64,000 nt of DNA from Candidatus Latescibacterota bacterium (GTDB taxonomy: Bacteria; Latescibacterota; UBA2968): NCBI GenBank assembly GCA_965198115.1, contig OZ240241.1, forward strand, positions 2,784,001 through 2,848,000. The letters run 5' to 3'. Under the pieces are notes generated by a model, which did not search any database, was not told the origin of the DNA, and worked only from the letters and a program-made list of their open reading frames with translations. Below are positions 11,343 through 22,694 of this stretch, piece after piece. Made by a program: the position numbers and the translations under genes. The number at the start of each line of letters is the position of its first letter. Position 1 is the first letter of the stretch.

Positions 11343-11409
11343 AAAAAAAGACCCGAGCTACGATGCTCGAGTCTCTTCCGTCCAAAAAGTGGCCCCGGGG
11401 CCACTTTTT
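11343..11409. terminator. Two hairpins between convergent genes (intrinsic terminator-like)
   Basis: A7-gacccgagc-loop-gctcgagtc, followed by the perfect palindrome aaaaagtggccccggggccacttttt (11384-11409). Confidence 0.65.
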
Positions 11410-11432
11410 CAATCGCCCTGAACTCTCATTTC

Positions 11433-14400
11433 TCATCCCGATGTGAAGTCCACGCCAAAATTCGGCACCCAAATCAGAAAGTCGAGGAACCCCACGAACC
11501 CGTCCCCGTCTAAATCGAAGATCACGTCATAGTCCGCATCGCCCACACGGCTTGACCACGCCACCCCGAAAAGGAAGAAGTCGTTCAGATTAACGATCCT
11601 GTTTTTGTCGAAGTCACCGGGTCGGTCGAGCACGACCGTCACCACTTGAGTGCCCGTAGCTACCCCACCGAACGGATCCGTCACCGAGAGTTCTACGACC
11701 ACGATCCCCTCGGCGCTTGGCTCCAGATCGATTTCAAGCGTCGTGCCGATCGCGCGCGCGCCGATCACCGGACCCGTCACGGATTCAACCGCCCACACCA
11801 ACGCGGTCGAGTCATCAGGATCCGCCACCAGCCCTGCCAGTTCGATGACGAGCATCTCTCTCGGCAGAGCCTCGAGTTCCGCGATTTCTTCGATCACGGG
11901 GACCTGGTTCTCACCCGCGATCAATATGACCACCGTCCCGTTTGTCACAGTGCCCGAATCATCTGCCGCCGTGTAGGTGATCGTGTCCTCGCCCTCGAAC
12001 GCGTCGGGGGTCGCATAGTCGATCACGCCATCCTCGTTCACCTCGGCCACGCCCGACACGGCATCCGCGTCGACGAGATGCACATCGTCCCCGTCTATGT
12101 CACTGACGAGCTGCAACACGGGGACCACGACGCGACTGCCGCCACGAAGATGAAGCGTGTCGGTTCCCGCGATGGGCGCGTCGTTCACCGGGCTGATCTT
12201 GATCACAGCATCTGTTGTATCCGCACCCCCGCCTGGATCGCGCACGACCGTCCCGACGCGGAATGTCCCGAACGCATCGGGTGGGGGAAAGAATCGGGCG
12301 ATCAGGTTGTCGCCGAGCGCTGTCAGTCCGACCTCGAACAGGCTGTCACTCGATTCGAATGTCCAGGTCAGATCGTCGAAGGGCGTGTCGGGATCTGTCA
12401 CCAGATCGTTCAGCGCGACGGATGCGCTGCCGTCCTCTTCAGCCTCCAGCAGCGGGAAGATACGCAGCCGCGGAGGCCGATTGCCGAAGGTCAGTTCACC
12501 CAGAGGCCGAAGCGTAAAGGGCGACCCGGACGACAGATACTGGCTGTTGCGAACCGGGAATTCGTTCAACACGACCAAAGCTGTTCGGTCATCCAGAGTG
12601 GCCTCTACGACGAGACTCAGACGCGCCAGGAGCGTCGACGACGTCAACGGGTTGAAGAGAGACGTCGACAAGCTCAGCACCCCGTCGGATTCCACAAAGT
12701 CATTGATCAGGACGATGGCGTTTTCCGTTGCGCCGATGCGTTCGAAGGGTGTCTGCGCGGTCAGCGGGGCAAGGAACCGAGTGTCCAACCGTATGAACAG
12801 GTCCGCACCTTCGACCGAAACACCCTGGGGATTTACGACCACGTCCACGACGACCGTGTCTCCGAGCTCCGGCAGCGACAGCGAGTCGACACGCACCAGC
12901 TCCACCGTCGAGACTCCCGATTTCGAGGTACCTCTAGCGCCTGAAGCAGAATCGGGACGCGCTCACGACCCAGTACGTTCGTCGAAACCCAGAGCGTATC
13001 CGATCGTGGCTCCACGTCGGGCGGCAGGTAGAAGACCGACAGACTCCGCTCATCCCCAGGAAGGATCAGCGAATCCAACAAGCCTACCGTGAACGCCGTA
13101 TCGGCCCATTCGGGTTGGCCAAGCCGCAGGGTGTCGTTGCCGCTGTTTCGGAAAGTCACGCGCTGCGTGTCCCGTATGCCCACATCGAGACTGCCAAACA
13201 CCAGCACGCCCGGCTCGAGCTGGAGGTCCGGGCCGAGCCCCGTCCCAACCAGCGTGACCGATGGCGGAGGTCCCTCCGGTCCGCCCTGGCCAGCGTTGGA
13301 CGCAGCGACAATCACCTCCGCACGTGGCCCAGGGCGCGTTGGGATGAACAGAACCGTGATCTCCGCTGACGAGCCCGGTGGCACGGCAAAGTCCAACGGG
13401 TCGACAAGAAACGGCGTGTCGGGGCCGTGCGTGATCGACACAAAGAGCGTGTCCGACCCCGGGTTGTCGACCGTCGTCGATCGCGAAACCGAATCGGCCA
13501 CGGCCACCGCTCCAAAGTCGATCTCTACGTCCGCCAGGGCGATGTCCGGGTGTCCGCCAACCACGAGTAGAGGAACGAGCAGGTCTGGGCGACCGGGCGC
13601 ATCGTGCGTGATCAAAAGGTCCTCGACTCGCTTGCCTGGACCGTCCGAAACGAACACAACCAGCAGAGTCCCCTGTGCCCCCGGTTCGATGATCAGCGTA
13701 TCCGGGTCCACGCGGAAGGATACCGAGACAGGTTGGGGCGTGAGCACGATTGGCTGGTCCGACTGATTGTCGACAATCAGCGTGTCCCGCACCTCCCCAC
13801 CCAGACCTGGATTCACGAAGACGAGCTCTCGCTGCACGGTTCCGAAAGATACACCGACACCGTTCCCCTCGAAGTCAGCACGGAGAAGCTCAACGAAGGG
13901 ATCGTCGTGCTCGAGAACCAGCGATCCCGCGAACGGACCCGGCCCATCGGGATCGAACGTCACCAGCAGGTCGAACGCTGCCCCCAGCTCCACAATCCCC
14001 GGGACGTCTCCCACGCTGAATCCTGGCCCCTCCAACACCACCTCCGTCACCTCGAACGGGACCGGTCCTCCATTGAGCAGAACCACCGGCACGATGGCCG
14101 GGAACCCGGGCTCGACGTCTCCGAACGAGACGATTACGGGCTCGAGGGTGACCGCGCGCAACCCGGCCACACCCTCGAGCGCGAGCGAATCTGGACTGGT
14201 AGCCGCATCGTGCGACACCACCAGCTCGGCCTGGTAGAACCCGGTATCCGACGGGACGATTCGCAGTTCGATGGGTCCTTCCCCGCCGGGTAAGATCACC
14301 AGACTGTCGATGACGGGAACCACGTTCGGATTCGACGAAGCGATGGAGTCGACGTGGAGTGTGTCGTCACCCGTGTTGGCCAGGCTCACCACGAGGGTGA

Positions 14401-15194
14401 ACGTCTCACCTACCTGGAGGTCGGGCAACACGAACACCGAATCCGATAGCGAGGCCATCGGTTCGGGGGGCGGCGTGGCCAGACCGGATACGGGCACCCG
14501 TGTCGGCGAGGAAGAACCGTTGTGAACGATCGACAACGTGTCGATGAAGACGCCCAGCGTGTCGGGCGCGAAAATCACGCCGATGGCACCGTGATTGTCG
14601 GGAAAACGTGACGACCAAGGAGTCCGGCGAAGCGGAAAACGCCGAATCGACGAGCGTGGCCCCCGTGATTCTGAGGGTATCGGTGCCCAGTGTCTCGAAA
14701 CTCACAAACAGCTGTTTCTGAAATCCAATCCGCACCTCCCCGAAGTCGAGTGCGGGAGCCCCCAATATCAACTCGACATCCGTCCCGAAGCCCTCGATCG
14801 GAATGATGAGCGGATTGGCCGTCACGGGATCATCGTGCGCGACAACCAGTCCCCCCGTTTCGCCCCCGACGAAAAAGGGCGTGAAGGTCACACCGACCAC
14901 CAGACTGTCGCCTACCGGCACGCTCTGAGAACTATCCGGGAACGCGCCGAACGGGTCGGCCGCGGTGATGTCCATCAGGTTCAGCAGAGCGGTCCCCACG
15001 TTGCGGATAGCCACGAATACCGTATCAGTCGTCCCGACCGCAGTGCTGTCGAAATCCAACGAGTTAATCGACGCCTCAATCGTAGGTTGGGATCGGGCCT
15101 CGGTAGCCACCAGGCACGCAGCCGCCGCGACCAGCAACAGGACCCGGGAACACCGCCCCGGCCACGATAGGTGGTATGTGCGTGAGTCCATCAC
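11433..15194 (-). CDS. Large secreted surface protein: choice-of-anchor D/ASH Ig repeats, cohesin-like domain, tandem-95/cadherin-like repeats, C-terminal dockerin/EF-hand-like domain (frameshifts near 14600 and 12910)
   Basis: Three consecutive ORFs. Signal peptide (VLLLVAAAACLVATEARS); repeated DFG.V...N.G...L...F.P...G....L...HD units; PVNDAP and F.G.D..TY repeats; terminal GDFDKNRIVNLNDF...FDLDGDGFVGFLDF. Confidence 0.75.
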
Positions 15195-15325
15195 TTCATT
15201 CTGTCTTGGCAGTTTCTCATCTGTTCAAATATAATAGTAACCACAGCTTACAGCGCGTGCCCCACGTCACAAGGCACGCAGGACCGAATCCTACCCCACT
15301 TTACCCAACCAGAACGGAGTTACGT

Positions 15326-17533
15326 ATGTCGAACGATACACTGACTACCGTTGGAAAGCGCGTCGGACGGCTCAACGGCCCCGACATCGTGACCGGCCGC
15401 ACGGCCTACGCAGACGACATACACCTGGCCGGTATGCTCCACGGACGCGTTCTCCATAGCCCTCACGCCCACGCACGAATTCGATCCGTGGACGTCGATA
15501 GGGCTCGCGCGTTCCCCGGCGTCGTAGACATCATCACCGCGAAGGAGACATCGAAGGGGTCAACGCTTTTCGCCAGCAAAGAGGTCTGCTACGAGGGACA
15601 GAAGGTCGCGGTCGTCATCGCTGAAGATCCCGACATCGCAGAAGACGCGTTAGAGCTTATCGAGGTCGATTATAGAGTTCTCCCTTCGACGACGGATCCT
15701 TACGAAGCCATGTCACCCGATGCCCCACCCGTCATTCTCGATGCACCAACTGAGGATGTTTTCGATGACGACGGCCGAAGGTTGAGCAACATCGCGGATT
15801 GGAGCGAACACATCGACGGGGATGTGGAAGCGGCTTTTGCCAACGCCGACGCCATCGTCGAGGCCGAATATCGCGCTCCCTTCTGGCATCAGACCTACAT
15901 GGAGCCGAATTCCTGTACCGCCCGTGCCGAACCGGACGGGCGGATTACGCTCTGGACGTCGTGCCAGGGCTCCTTCAACATTCGCGACGCGGTATCGGGC
16001 GCGCTGGATATCCCCCAGGGTCGTATCCGCGTCATTCCGCTCGAAATGGGTGGCGGCTTCGGTGCAAAAAACGGCCCCTTCACGGAACCCCACGCCGTTC
16101 TCGGAGCCATCCGCACGGGTCGCCCGGTGAAGATCCTCATGAGTCGGGAGGAGGAGTTCATCGACGGGCGACCGGCACCCGGCTGCTGGGTTCGCTTGAA
16201 GACCGCCGGCAAGAAAGATGGCACCATCACCGCGGTCGAGGGTCGCATCGCGTGGGATGGCGGCGTTTCTGGCAGGAGCGGAGCCGTCGTTCGCCTGATC
16301 GGTCCGTATCTCATCGAGAACGTCAAGCTCGAGGCCCTCGGAGTTCGAACCAACAAACCCGCGCCCGGTGCCTTTCGTGCTCCCGGCGCACCCCAGATGG
16401 CGCTGGCGCGTGAATCCAACCTCGACATGCTTGCCCGGGAACTCGACATCGATCCGATCGAACTCCGGATGAAGAATGCCGTGGGCCCCGGCCACCGCTC
16501 GCCCACAGGAGCACCGATCCCCCACGATTGGCTGCGAGACACTCTGCAGGCGGCCTCCGACACGGCAGAGTGGGGAAAGAAGAAACTCAAACCCAACCAG
16601 GGCGTAGGAATCGCCTGCGGAGACTGGCGTAACGGCTCCGGCGCCACCAACGCATTCGTCACCTTGTCTTCGGACGGGTCCGTGTCCGTCCTGACCGGCC
16701 AGGTCGATATCACCGGTCTCCACACGGTCATGGCGCAGATCGTGGCCGAAGAGCTTCACGTGCCCGTCGACAGGGTCAAGATGACCCTTGGGGACACCGA
16801 CAAGGTCCCCTACACCTCGTTGAGTGCCGGCAGCAAGGCGGCCTATTCCGCCGGAACAGCCGCGAGAAGGGCGGCTGAGGACGCGAGAGAGCAGCTGCTC
16901 AAAGTTGGAGCCGGTATCCTCGAGGCAGCCGTAGAGGACGTCGAAATCGGAGATGAATGCGTGTTCGTCAGCGGGTCACCCTCGCGTTCCGTCTCCTTCG
17001 GGGATGTAGCCTCAGAAGCGGAAGGCTCCCCGAATGGACCGATTTCCGGAACATCCATCGTGGGCTCGATACCGAGCTACGCATCCTACGCCGTCAACGT
17101 CGCGACCGTCGAAGTCGACACTGAAACGGGCCACGTCAAGCTCATCGATCTCGTCGCCGCGCAGGACGTGGGCAAAGCCCTCAACCCCATGCTCGTCGAG
17201 GGACAGGTCGAGGGCGGCGCAGTCCAATCCGTCGCCTACGGCCTGATGGAAGGAATGATCTACGACGATGAAGGGCGCGTGGGGAATCCGAATCTCCTCG
17301 ACTATGCCATTCCGACCATCGGGGACGTACCGAAAGTCAAGACCGTGCTGGTCGAGACGCCGTGTGATCACGGGCCGTATGGTGCGAAAGGCGTCGGGGA
17401 GCCACCCATCATTCCGGGTGCGGCAGCCATCGCCAACGCCATCTACGACGCCGTCGGCGTCCGAATCACACAGATCCCGATCACACCCGAGCGGGTGGTC
17501 CGGGCCCTCAAGGAAAATGGGGGTCCATCGTGA
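15326..17533 (+). CDS. Xanthine dehydrogenase family molybdopterin-binding large subunit
   Basis: SPHAHARI, YMEP, MGGGFGAK, AFRAPG, VEGQVEGG and AKGVGEPP motifs; ATG at 15326 after a GGAG RBS. Confidence 0.92.
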   Translation: MSNDTLTTVGKRVGRLNGPDIVTGRTAYADDIHLAGMLHGRVLHSPHAHARIRSVDVDRARAFPGVVDIITAKETSKGSTLFASKEVCYEGQKVAVVIAEDPDIAEDALELIEVDYRVLPSTTDPYEAMSPDAPPVILDAPTEDVFDDDGRRLSNIADWSEHIDGDVEAAFANADAIVEAEYRAPFWHQTYMEPNSCTARAEPDGRITLWTSCQGSFNIRDAVSGALDIPQGRIRVIPLEMGGGFGAKNGPFTEPHAVLGAIRTGRPVKILMSREEEFIDGRPAPGCWVRLKTAGKKDGTITAVEGRIAWDGGVSGRSGAVVRLIGPYLIENVKLEALGVRTNKPAPGAFRAPGAPQMALARESNLDMLARELDIDPIELRMKNAVGPGHRSPTGAPIPHDWLRDTLQAASDTAEWGKKKLKPNQGVGIACGDWRNGSGATNAFVTLSSDGSVSVLTGQVDITGLHTVMAQIVAEELHVPVDRVKMTLGDTDKVPYTSLSAGSKAAYSAGTAARRAAEDAREQLLKVGAGILEAAVEDVEIGDECVFVSGSPSRSVSFGDVASEAEGSPNGPISGTSIVGSIPSYASYAVNVATVEVDTETGHVKLIDLVAAQDVGKALNPMLVEGQVEGGAVQSVAYGLMEGMIYDDEGRVGNPNLLDYAIPTIGDVPKVKTVLVETPCDHGPYGAKGVGEPPIIPGAAAIANAIYDAVGVRITQIPITPERVVRALKENGGPS

Positions 17534-18423
17534 ACGCTTTTGAATACTTTCTCCCAAAAACCGCGAAAGAAGCGGCCAAACTTCTAAAAAAGCATCCCGA
17601 TGCCATGGTGCTGGCCGGCGGCACGGATATGCTCGTTCGCATGAAGGGACGCTTCTACAGACCGTCGACCATCATCGACGTCAAGCGACTCCCGAAAGCC
17701 GACGAAATCAGTTTCACGGTCAAATCCGGACTCAGCATCGGTCCGGCCGTCAGCATGCGCCAGGCCGAACTGTCCCCTGCGGTTCTCACGCGATGCCCGT
17801 CGATCGCGCAGGGCGCGGCCTTCGTCGGATCCATCCAGATCCGAAACCGAGCCACCGTCATCGGTAACATCTGCAACGCCGCTCCCTCAGCAGACACGGC
17901 ACCAGGAATCATCGTCCACGGGGGCAAGGCCCGTATCGTCGGGCCTAACGGCAGACGGACGATGGACGTCGAAGACTTCATCAAGGGCCCCGGAAAGACC
18001 GACCTCCGCCGAGGAGAATTCGTTGCCGGAATCCAGATACCCACGCCTCCAGCTCGAACGGGCTCAGCCTACGTCCGGCATACCCCTCGGGTCGCCATGG
18101 ACATCGCCGTTGTCGGTGTTGGGGCGATGGTCACGCTGGCGCCCAAGCGCGACGTCTGCCAGGACATCAAAATCGTGCTCGGAGCGGTTGCTCCCGTTCC
18201 ACTGAGGGCTGTCCAGGCCGAAGCGCTGCTGATAGGTCAGGAACTCACAGCCTCGAGGATCGAGCAAGCGGCCGCTGCGGCCGCTGCCGAGGCAAAACCC
18301 ATTTCGGACGTTCGTGCCTCAGCTGATTATAGGCGCGAACTGGTCCGAGTACTCACGCAACGAATGATCTCGGCCGCATCGGACAACGCCCGAACGCCGA
18401 TCGCAAGAAGGAGGGCGGCGTGA
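17530..18423 (+). CDS. Xanthine dehydrogenase family FAD-binding medium subunit
   Basis: LAGGTD, QIRNRATVIGNICNAAPSAD and PISDVRASADYR motifs; overlaps the L-subunit stop. Confidence 0.92.
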   Translation: MNAFEYFLPKTAKEAAKLLKKHPDAMVLAGGTDMLVRMKGRFYRPSTIIDVKRLPKADEISFTVKSGLSIGPAVSMRQAELSPAVLTRCPSIAQGAAFVGSIQIRNRATVIGNICNAAPSADTAPGIIVHGGKARIVGPNGRRTMDVEDFIKGPGKTDLRRGEFVAGIQIPTPPARTGSAYVRHTPRVAMDIAVVGVGAMVTLAPKRDVCQDIKIVLGAVAPVPLRAVQAEALLIGQELTASRIEQAAAAAAAEAKPISDVRASADYRRELVRVLTQRMISAASDNARTPIARRRAA

Positions 18424-18914
18424 AGCACGACATTTCTTGTACCGTAAACGGTCAACGCCACGACATATCCGTCGAACCCCGTAAAACCCTGCTCGCCGTG
18501 TTGCGGGACCAGCTTCATCTAACGGGCACGAAGGAAGGATGCAGCACCGGCGATTGTGGCGCGTGTACGATCATCATGGACGGCGACACCTACACCCCCT
18601 GTCTCGTACTGGGCGTCGAAGCCGACGGCAGAGATATCACGACGGTCGAAGGCATCGCGGACGGCGCGAAGTTACACCCCTTCCAGGAGGCCATCGTCAA
18701 GAGCGGCGGCCTTCAGTGCGGGTTCTGCACGGCGGGAATCGTCGTTTCTGCTGTTTCGCTCCTCGATGAGAACCCGGAGCCTTCTGATGAAGAAATCCAG
18801 AGGGGCCTGGCCGGCAATCTCTGTCGGTGCACCGGCTACACAAAGGTGCTCGAGGCCGTACACGACGCGAGCAGACTGATGAAAAGAAGGCCCGGCCGGA
18901 AAACGGCGAAATAG
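18420..18914 (+). CDS. Xanthine dehydrogenase family [2Fe-2S] small subunit
   Basis: GCSTGDCGACT, QCGFCT and NLCRCTGY motifs. Confidence 0.93.
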   Translation: MKHDISCTVNGQRHDISVEPRKTLLAVLRDQLHLTGTKEGCSTGDCGACTIIMDGDTYTPCLVLGVEADGRDITTVEGIADGAKLHPFQEAIVKSGGLQCGFCTAGIVVSAVSLLDENPEPSDEEIQRGLAGNLCRCTGYTKVLEAVHDASRLMKRRPGRKTAK

Positions 18915-19017
18915 AATAGTCCACCGGACCTCACACGTATCACGAGCGGCCCGCGTCTTACCAGGCGTGGGCCGACTGTGTTCGGGGCCATCAAACCTTG
19001 ATCCAGAGGTAGGCTCG

Positions 19018-20452
19018 ATGTCGGACTTACCCGACCTCATCTACATCTTCGATGGGCACGACGGCGTACGGAAGGCCGACTCCTGAGCCCCTCCAGCGCG
19101 AGCGATACGGATACCCTTTCACGGGATGCCGAGATCCTCCCCGAGACGGAACGCCGCTCCGGGCAGAGGCGTCTGATCGGCATGTCCGTCCTGAGCGAGA
19201 GCAGCGACGCGTTCATCACCTCCATCGCCCCCCTGTTCTTGCTTACGATCGGCGCCTCCTCCATCCACATAGGCCTGTTGGCGACGAGCGAACACATCCA
19301 GAAAATCGCCCGATTCGTCGGTCTGCGGCTCGTCCGAACGTTTGGAAAAGCCAGACTCATGGCGCTCAGCCGGTTGGTGGCGGCATTGCCTGTCGTCGCT
19401 CTGGTTCTCGTCGCCGCGTTCGGTGTCTCGTCGAGTTACGTGGTGATCCTCGCGATCGGCATCCTCGCCCTCCGGGAGTTTCTTCGCCAGATGGGAAACA
19501 CCGCCTGGTGGCCACTTATCCAGGACAACGCTGCCGGGGACCCTACGGAGCCTTCATGGCGCGCCTGCGCATCCGTCAACGGAGCGCATCCCTGTTTCTT
19601 CCGGTCGTCATCGGCTGGTATCTGGGCACAGCGCCATCCCCGCAGCGCTTCGCCCTTCCGTTTGCACTCGGCATCGCAGCTTCAGTCTTGGGGGCACGGT
19701 GGGCGTGGTGGGTGAGCGAGGGACCACCGCTTCGGCAGGCCGAGGGAGGGGTCGTTCGCCGTCTGCTTCGCGCGTATCGGTTGCCCCCGGTGCGCTGGCT
19801 CTCGCTCCTGATGTTCCTTCACCGGGGCATCACCGCCGCCACATATCCCCTTTTTGTCGTCGTCCTCACGCGTCACGGTATGTCGGCCATGATCTTCGTC
19901 TGGCTGACATCGGCCGCCGCATTCGGCCAGGTCACGAGCCTGACCGCCTGGGGACGGTGGGTGGATCGCCACGGGAGCCGACCCACGCTTTCACTGGCTC
20001 TCTGCATCCAGGCATCCATCGCCGCGGCGTGGATCTGGCTACCCGCGGAACCCGGGCCGTGGCAACTCATCTGGGGCTTCTCGTTCTACATCATCTGGGG
20101 CTTCTCGTTCTACATCATCTGGGGCATCATGGAAGGAGGCATGAATCTCGGCAGGACACGTGCGATGATGGTCGCCGTCTCCGGAGATCACCAGGTCGAA
20201 GGGTTCAACGCGATCATGTATGCGAGTGCCGTGGGGGGCATGATCGGGGGGATCGGTGGCGGCGTCCTGCTCGACTGGCTCGGAGAACGTTCGACACCAG
20301 GTCTGGGTCTACCGGCCGACCAGACATATCTGCTTGCGGCGCAGGCCGGCATGTTCGTGGTTTATTGGGTCAGCCGGCGGCTCGTCGGGGCTGATACGCA
20401 ACCAACGCTACGCTCACTTGCCCTGAATCGTCTGAAGAGGAGCACGGATTGA
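19018..20452 (+). CDS. MFS transporter (several frameshifts in the 5' half)
   Basis: Hydrophobic helices spread over the 19182..19715 and 19052..20452 frames; WGRWVDRHGSR is an MFS motif-A-like loop. Confidence 0.65.
20067..20125 (+). repeat. In-frame 24-bp tandem duplication inside the MFS gene
   Basis: tcatctggggcttctcgttctaca x2 plus an 11-bp partial copy, encoding IWGFSFYI-IWGFSFYI-IWG. Confidence 0.85.
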
Positions 20453-21723
20453 GATTCCGTCTACTCGTCCTGGCAGTCACGTTTGCCTGCACACCGAAAA
20501 CCGCGGTCCAGAGCGACCAGCTGCTTCGGGTCATGTCCGAGGCCTGGATGTTCAAGAAATACCCGCTCCGGGAGGCCGTCGCCCGCTTCGAAGCCAACCA
20601 TCCCGGGGTGCGCGTCGAACTAATTAAAGCACCCGATGGCTCGCCCACCCGATTACTAGTTTCGATGATGAGCAACCGCAGCGACTTCGATCTCTTTTTC
20701 GGAACGGTCGAGAACACCGTCGCCATGTGGGCGGCACGAGGCCTGCTGCTCCCGTGGAACGACATCGCAGTCGACCGTCCGTCCCTGCAGCGCGATGCTT
20801 TCATCCCCGTCTTCTACGACCTGAACCGATTCGGGGAACACCAGTACGGTATCCCGATCACCGCCGAGATCATCCTCTTCAGCGTGAACAAGCACTTCGC
20901 GAGGGAGGCCGGTCTTCTCGATGAGAATGAGAACGTGATCCCAGCCCGGACGTGGGAAGACGTGTTCGACTATGCCAGACGCACCACACGGAGGGATCGC
21001 AAGGGCAATATCAAGACCGTCGGGCTGTCCATGAACTGGACGAACTCCAGTTCGATGTTGTATGCTGCGATCAAGGCCGAACACGGCAGGATCGTCAACC
21101 CGGAATCCGGATTGCCCGACATCACCTCGGACGAGATCAGACGTCTCCTTGCACTGACCCAGCAGGGCGCGGCCGAAGGCATCACCACCCTGGCCGCGAT
21201 GACTGACGTAAACCAGCCGCGCTCCGACCTCAAGGCGGGTCTCGTCTCCATGATCCTCACCAGCCATTCGCGATATCTCGAGGCCCAGGAAACCCTCGGA
21301 CCCAACAGTACGACCATCATGGCCGTGCCCGGGGCAGCAGGGAGCGTCACGGGGGGAGCCCGAACAGCTGTTATCCCCCGCAACAGCCGCGCCGTGAACC
21401 TCGCCGTCGCCTTCGTCCAGGAGGAAATGCTGGCACCCTATTTCTCCCGCTTCGCCTGGGAGAAATACGGTAAGCTCCCCTGCATGCTCCACGTCTTCGA
21501 GACGCTCGACGAACCGGAGGCCCACATCCTGGCCGATCTGGCCACGCGCTCGGCCCGGGACCCGATGTTCCGGGACGACTTGCCCATGGTCGACGCCGTG
21601 CGGCGGAACATCCAGAGCTTCCTTTCAGGTCAGATGGAAATGGACCCGATGCTCGCCCGTCTGGAACGGGAACTGTCGCAGCTGAACCTGTCCGACATCC
21701 GCGAACACTTTAGAGAACATTAG
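20449..21723 (+). CDS. Carbohydrate ABC transporter substrate-binding lipoprotein
   Basis: Lipobox TFAC; FEANHPGVRVEL, YGIP and PARTWED motifs; followed by two permeases. Confidence 0.85.
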   Translation: MRFRLLVLAVTFACTPKTAVQSDQLLRVMSEAWMFKKYPLREAVARFEANHPGVRVELIKAPDGSPTRLLVSMMSNRSDFDLFFGTVENTVAMWAARGLLLPWNDIAVDRPSLQRDAFIPVFYDLNRFGEHQYGIPITAEIILFSVNKHFAREAGLLDENENVIPARTWEDVFDYARRTTRRDRKGNIKTVGLSMNWTNSSSMLYAAIKAEHGRIVNPESGLPDITSDEIRRLLALTQQGAAEGITTLAAMTDVNQPRSDLKAGLVSMILTSHSRYLEAQETLGPNSTTIMAVPGAAGSVTGGARTAVIPRNSRAVNLAVAFVQEEMLAPYFSRFAWEKYGKLPCMLHVFETLDEPEAHILADLATRSARDPMFRDDLPMVDAVRRNIQSFLSGQMEMDPMLARLERELSQLNLSDIREHFREH

Positions 21724-21828
21724 GAAATTCAGGAATTATGAAATTACCGTATTGGTCAATCCTTTTTCGAACCCGTTGCCAGACCGCGATTTCCTGATTC
21801 CTAATTGCTCAATTTCCTAATTTCCTAA
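21721..21828. repeat. Inverted arrays of a degenerate 8-mer (aggaaatt / aatttcct)
   Basis: taggaaattcaggaattatgaaatt at the SBP stop; atttcctgattcctaattgctcaatttcctaatttcctaatg runs into the permease ATG. Confidence 0.65.
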
Positions 21829-22694
21829 TGCTTTCCCGTTCTACTCCCTACGCCTTCGTGCTCCCGGCCGCGGCTTTCCTCGCCTGCTTCGTGGCGTATC
21901 CGCTCGTGTGGTCGCTCTATCTAAGCGTGACCGACTACAACCTCATCTGGTCGAACACGACTCGGTTCGTCGGACTGCAAAACTACGTCCGGGCCCTGGG
22001 TGATCCGATCTTCCTCCGCGCTGCGGCCAACACGTTTCTTTTCGCAGCGTTCCACGTGCCGGTCACCGTCGGATTGTCCCTGCTCCTGGCCGCGCCTATC
22101 CAGGCGGCCGGCAAGTTCGGGCGTGTCTGCCAGACGATGCTCTTTATCCCGGTTCTTGTTCCGGAGGCGATGGGCGCCGTCATCTTCATCTGGATTCTGT
22201 CCGAGCGCTTCGGACTTCTGAACAACTTCGTGACGATGGTGATCGGAGAACCGTTCTTCGTCAACTGGCTGGGGCAACCCGGCTGGTCGATGGCGGCCAT
22301 CATCCTCACCAGCTACTGGGGCATCGGCGTGAGCATCGTTCTTTTCGTCGCCGGGCTGGGAAACATCCCGAGGAGTCTTTACGAGGCCGCCGCCATCGAC
22401 GGCGCAGGACCGATCGATCGCTTCTGGCACATCACCCTACCCGGTGTGCGTCACACCACAACGGTTGTGTTCATCCTGTCTCTCATCGGATCGCTCAAGG
22501 TCTTCGCCTTGCCGCTGGTCATGACGAACGGCGGCCCCGGTGTCTCGACCCTCAGCCTTTACCAATGGGTGTCCAGCAACGCCTTCCAGTATTTCAACAT
22601 GGGTTATGCGTGCGCCATGGCCTTCCTCCTCGGCGCCATCATCATCCTGGCCAGCGCTCCGCGCCTCATTGCATCTCGCAGGGAGGACACGTGA
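21828..22694 (+). CDS. Carbohydrate ABC transporter permease
   Basis: FVGLQNY; EAA motif IPRSLYEAAAIDGA; FWHITLP; MTNGGP. Confidence 0.92.
   Translation: MLSRSTPYAFVLPAAAFLACFVAYPLVWSLYLSVTDYNLIWSNTTRFVGLQNYVRALGDPIFLRAAANTFLFAAFHVPVTVGLSLLLAAPIQAAGKFGRVCQTMLFIPVLVPEAMGAVIFIWILSERFGLLNNFVTMVIGEPFFVNWLGQPGWSMAAIILTSYWGIGVSIVLFVAGLGNIPRSLYEAAAIDGAGPIDRFWHITLPGVRHTTTVVFILSLIGSLKVFALPLVMTNGGPGVSTLSLYQWVSSNAFQYFNMGYACAMAFLLGAIIILASAPRLIASRREDT

Noticed and set aside
11646-12944. Long antisense or alternate-frame ORFs (also 7873..9006, 15713..16759, 34654..35898, 54463..55665 and others)
   Set aside because: Shadow ORFs typical of high-GC DNA; Arg/Pro/Ser-rich and overlapping genes with clear family motifs.
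11433-15194. True cellulosomal scaffoldin
   Set aside because: Only one cohesin-like module, and no CBM or glycoside hydrolase in the protein or its neighbourhood.
15326-18914. Aerobic CO dehydrogenase (coxLMS)
   Set aside because: The active-site loop is AFRAPG, not form I AYxCSFR, and no cox accessory genes are present.
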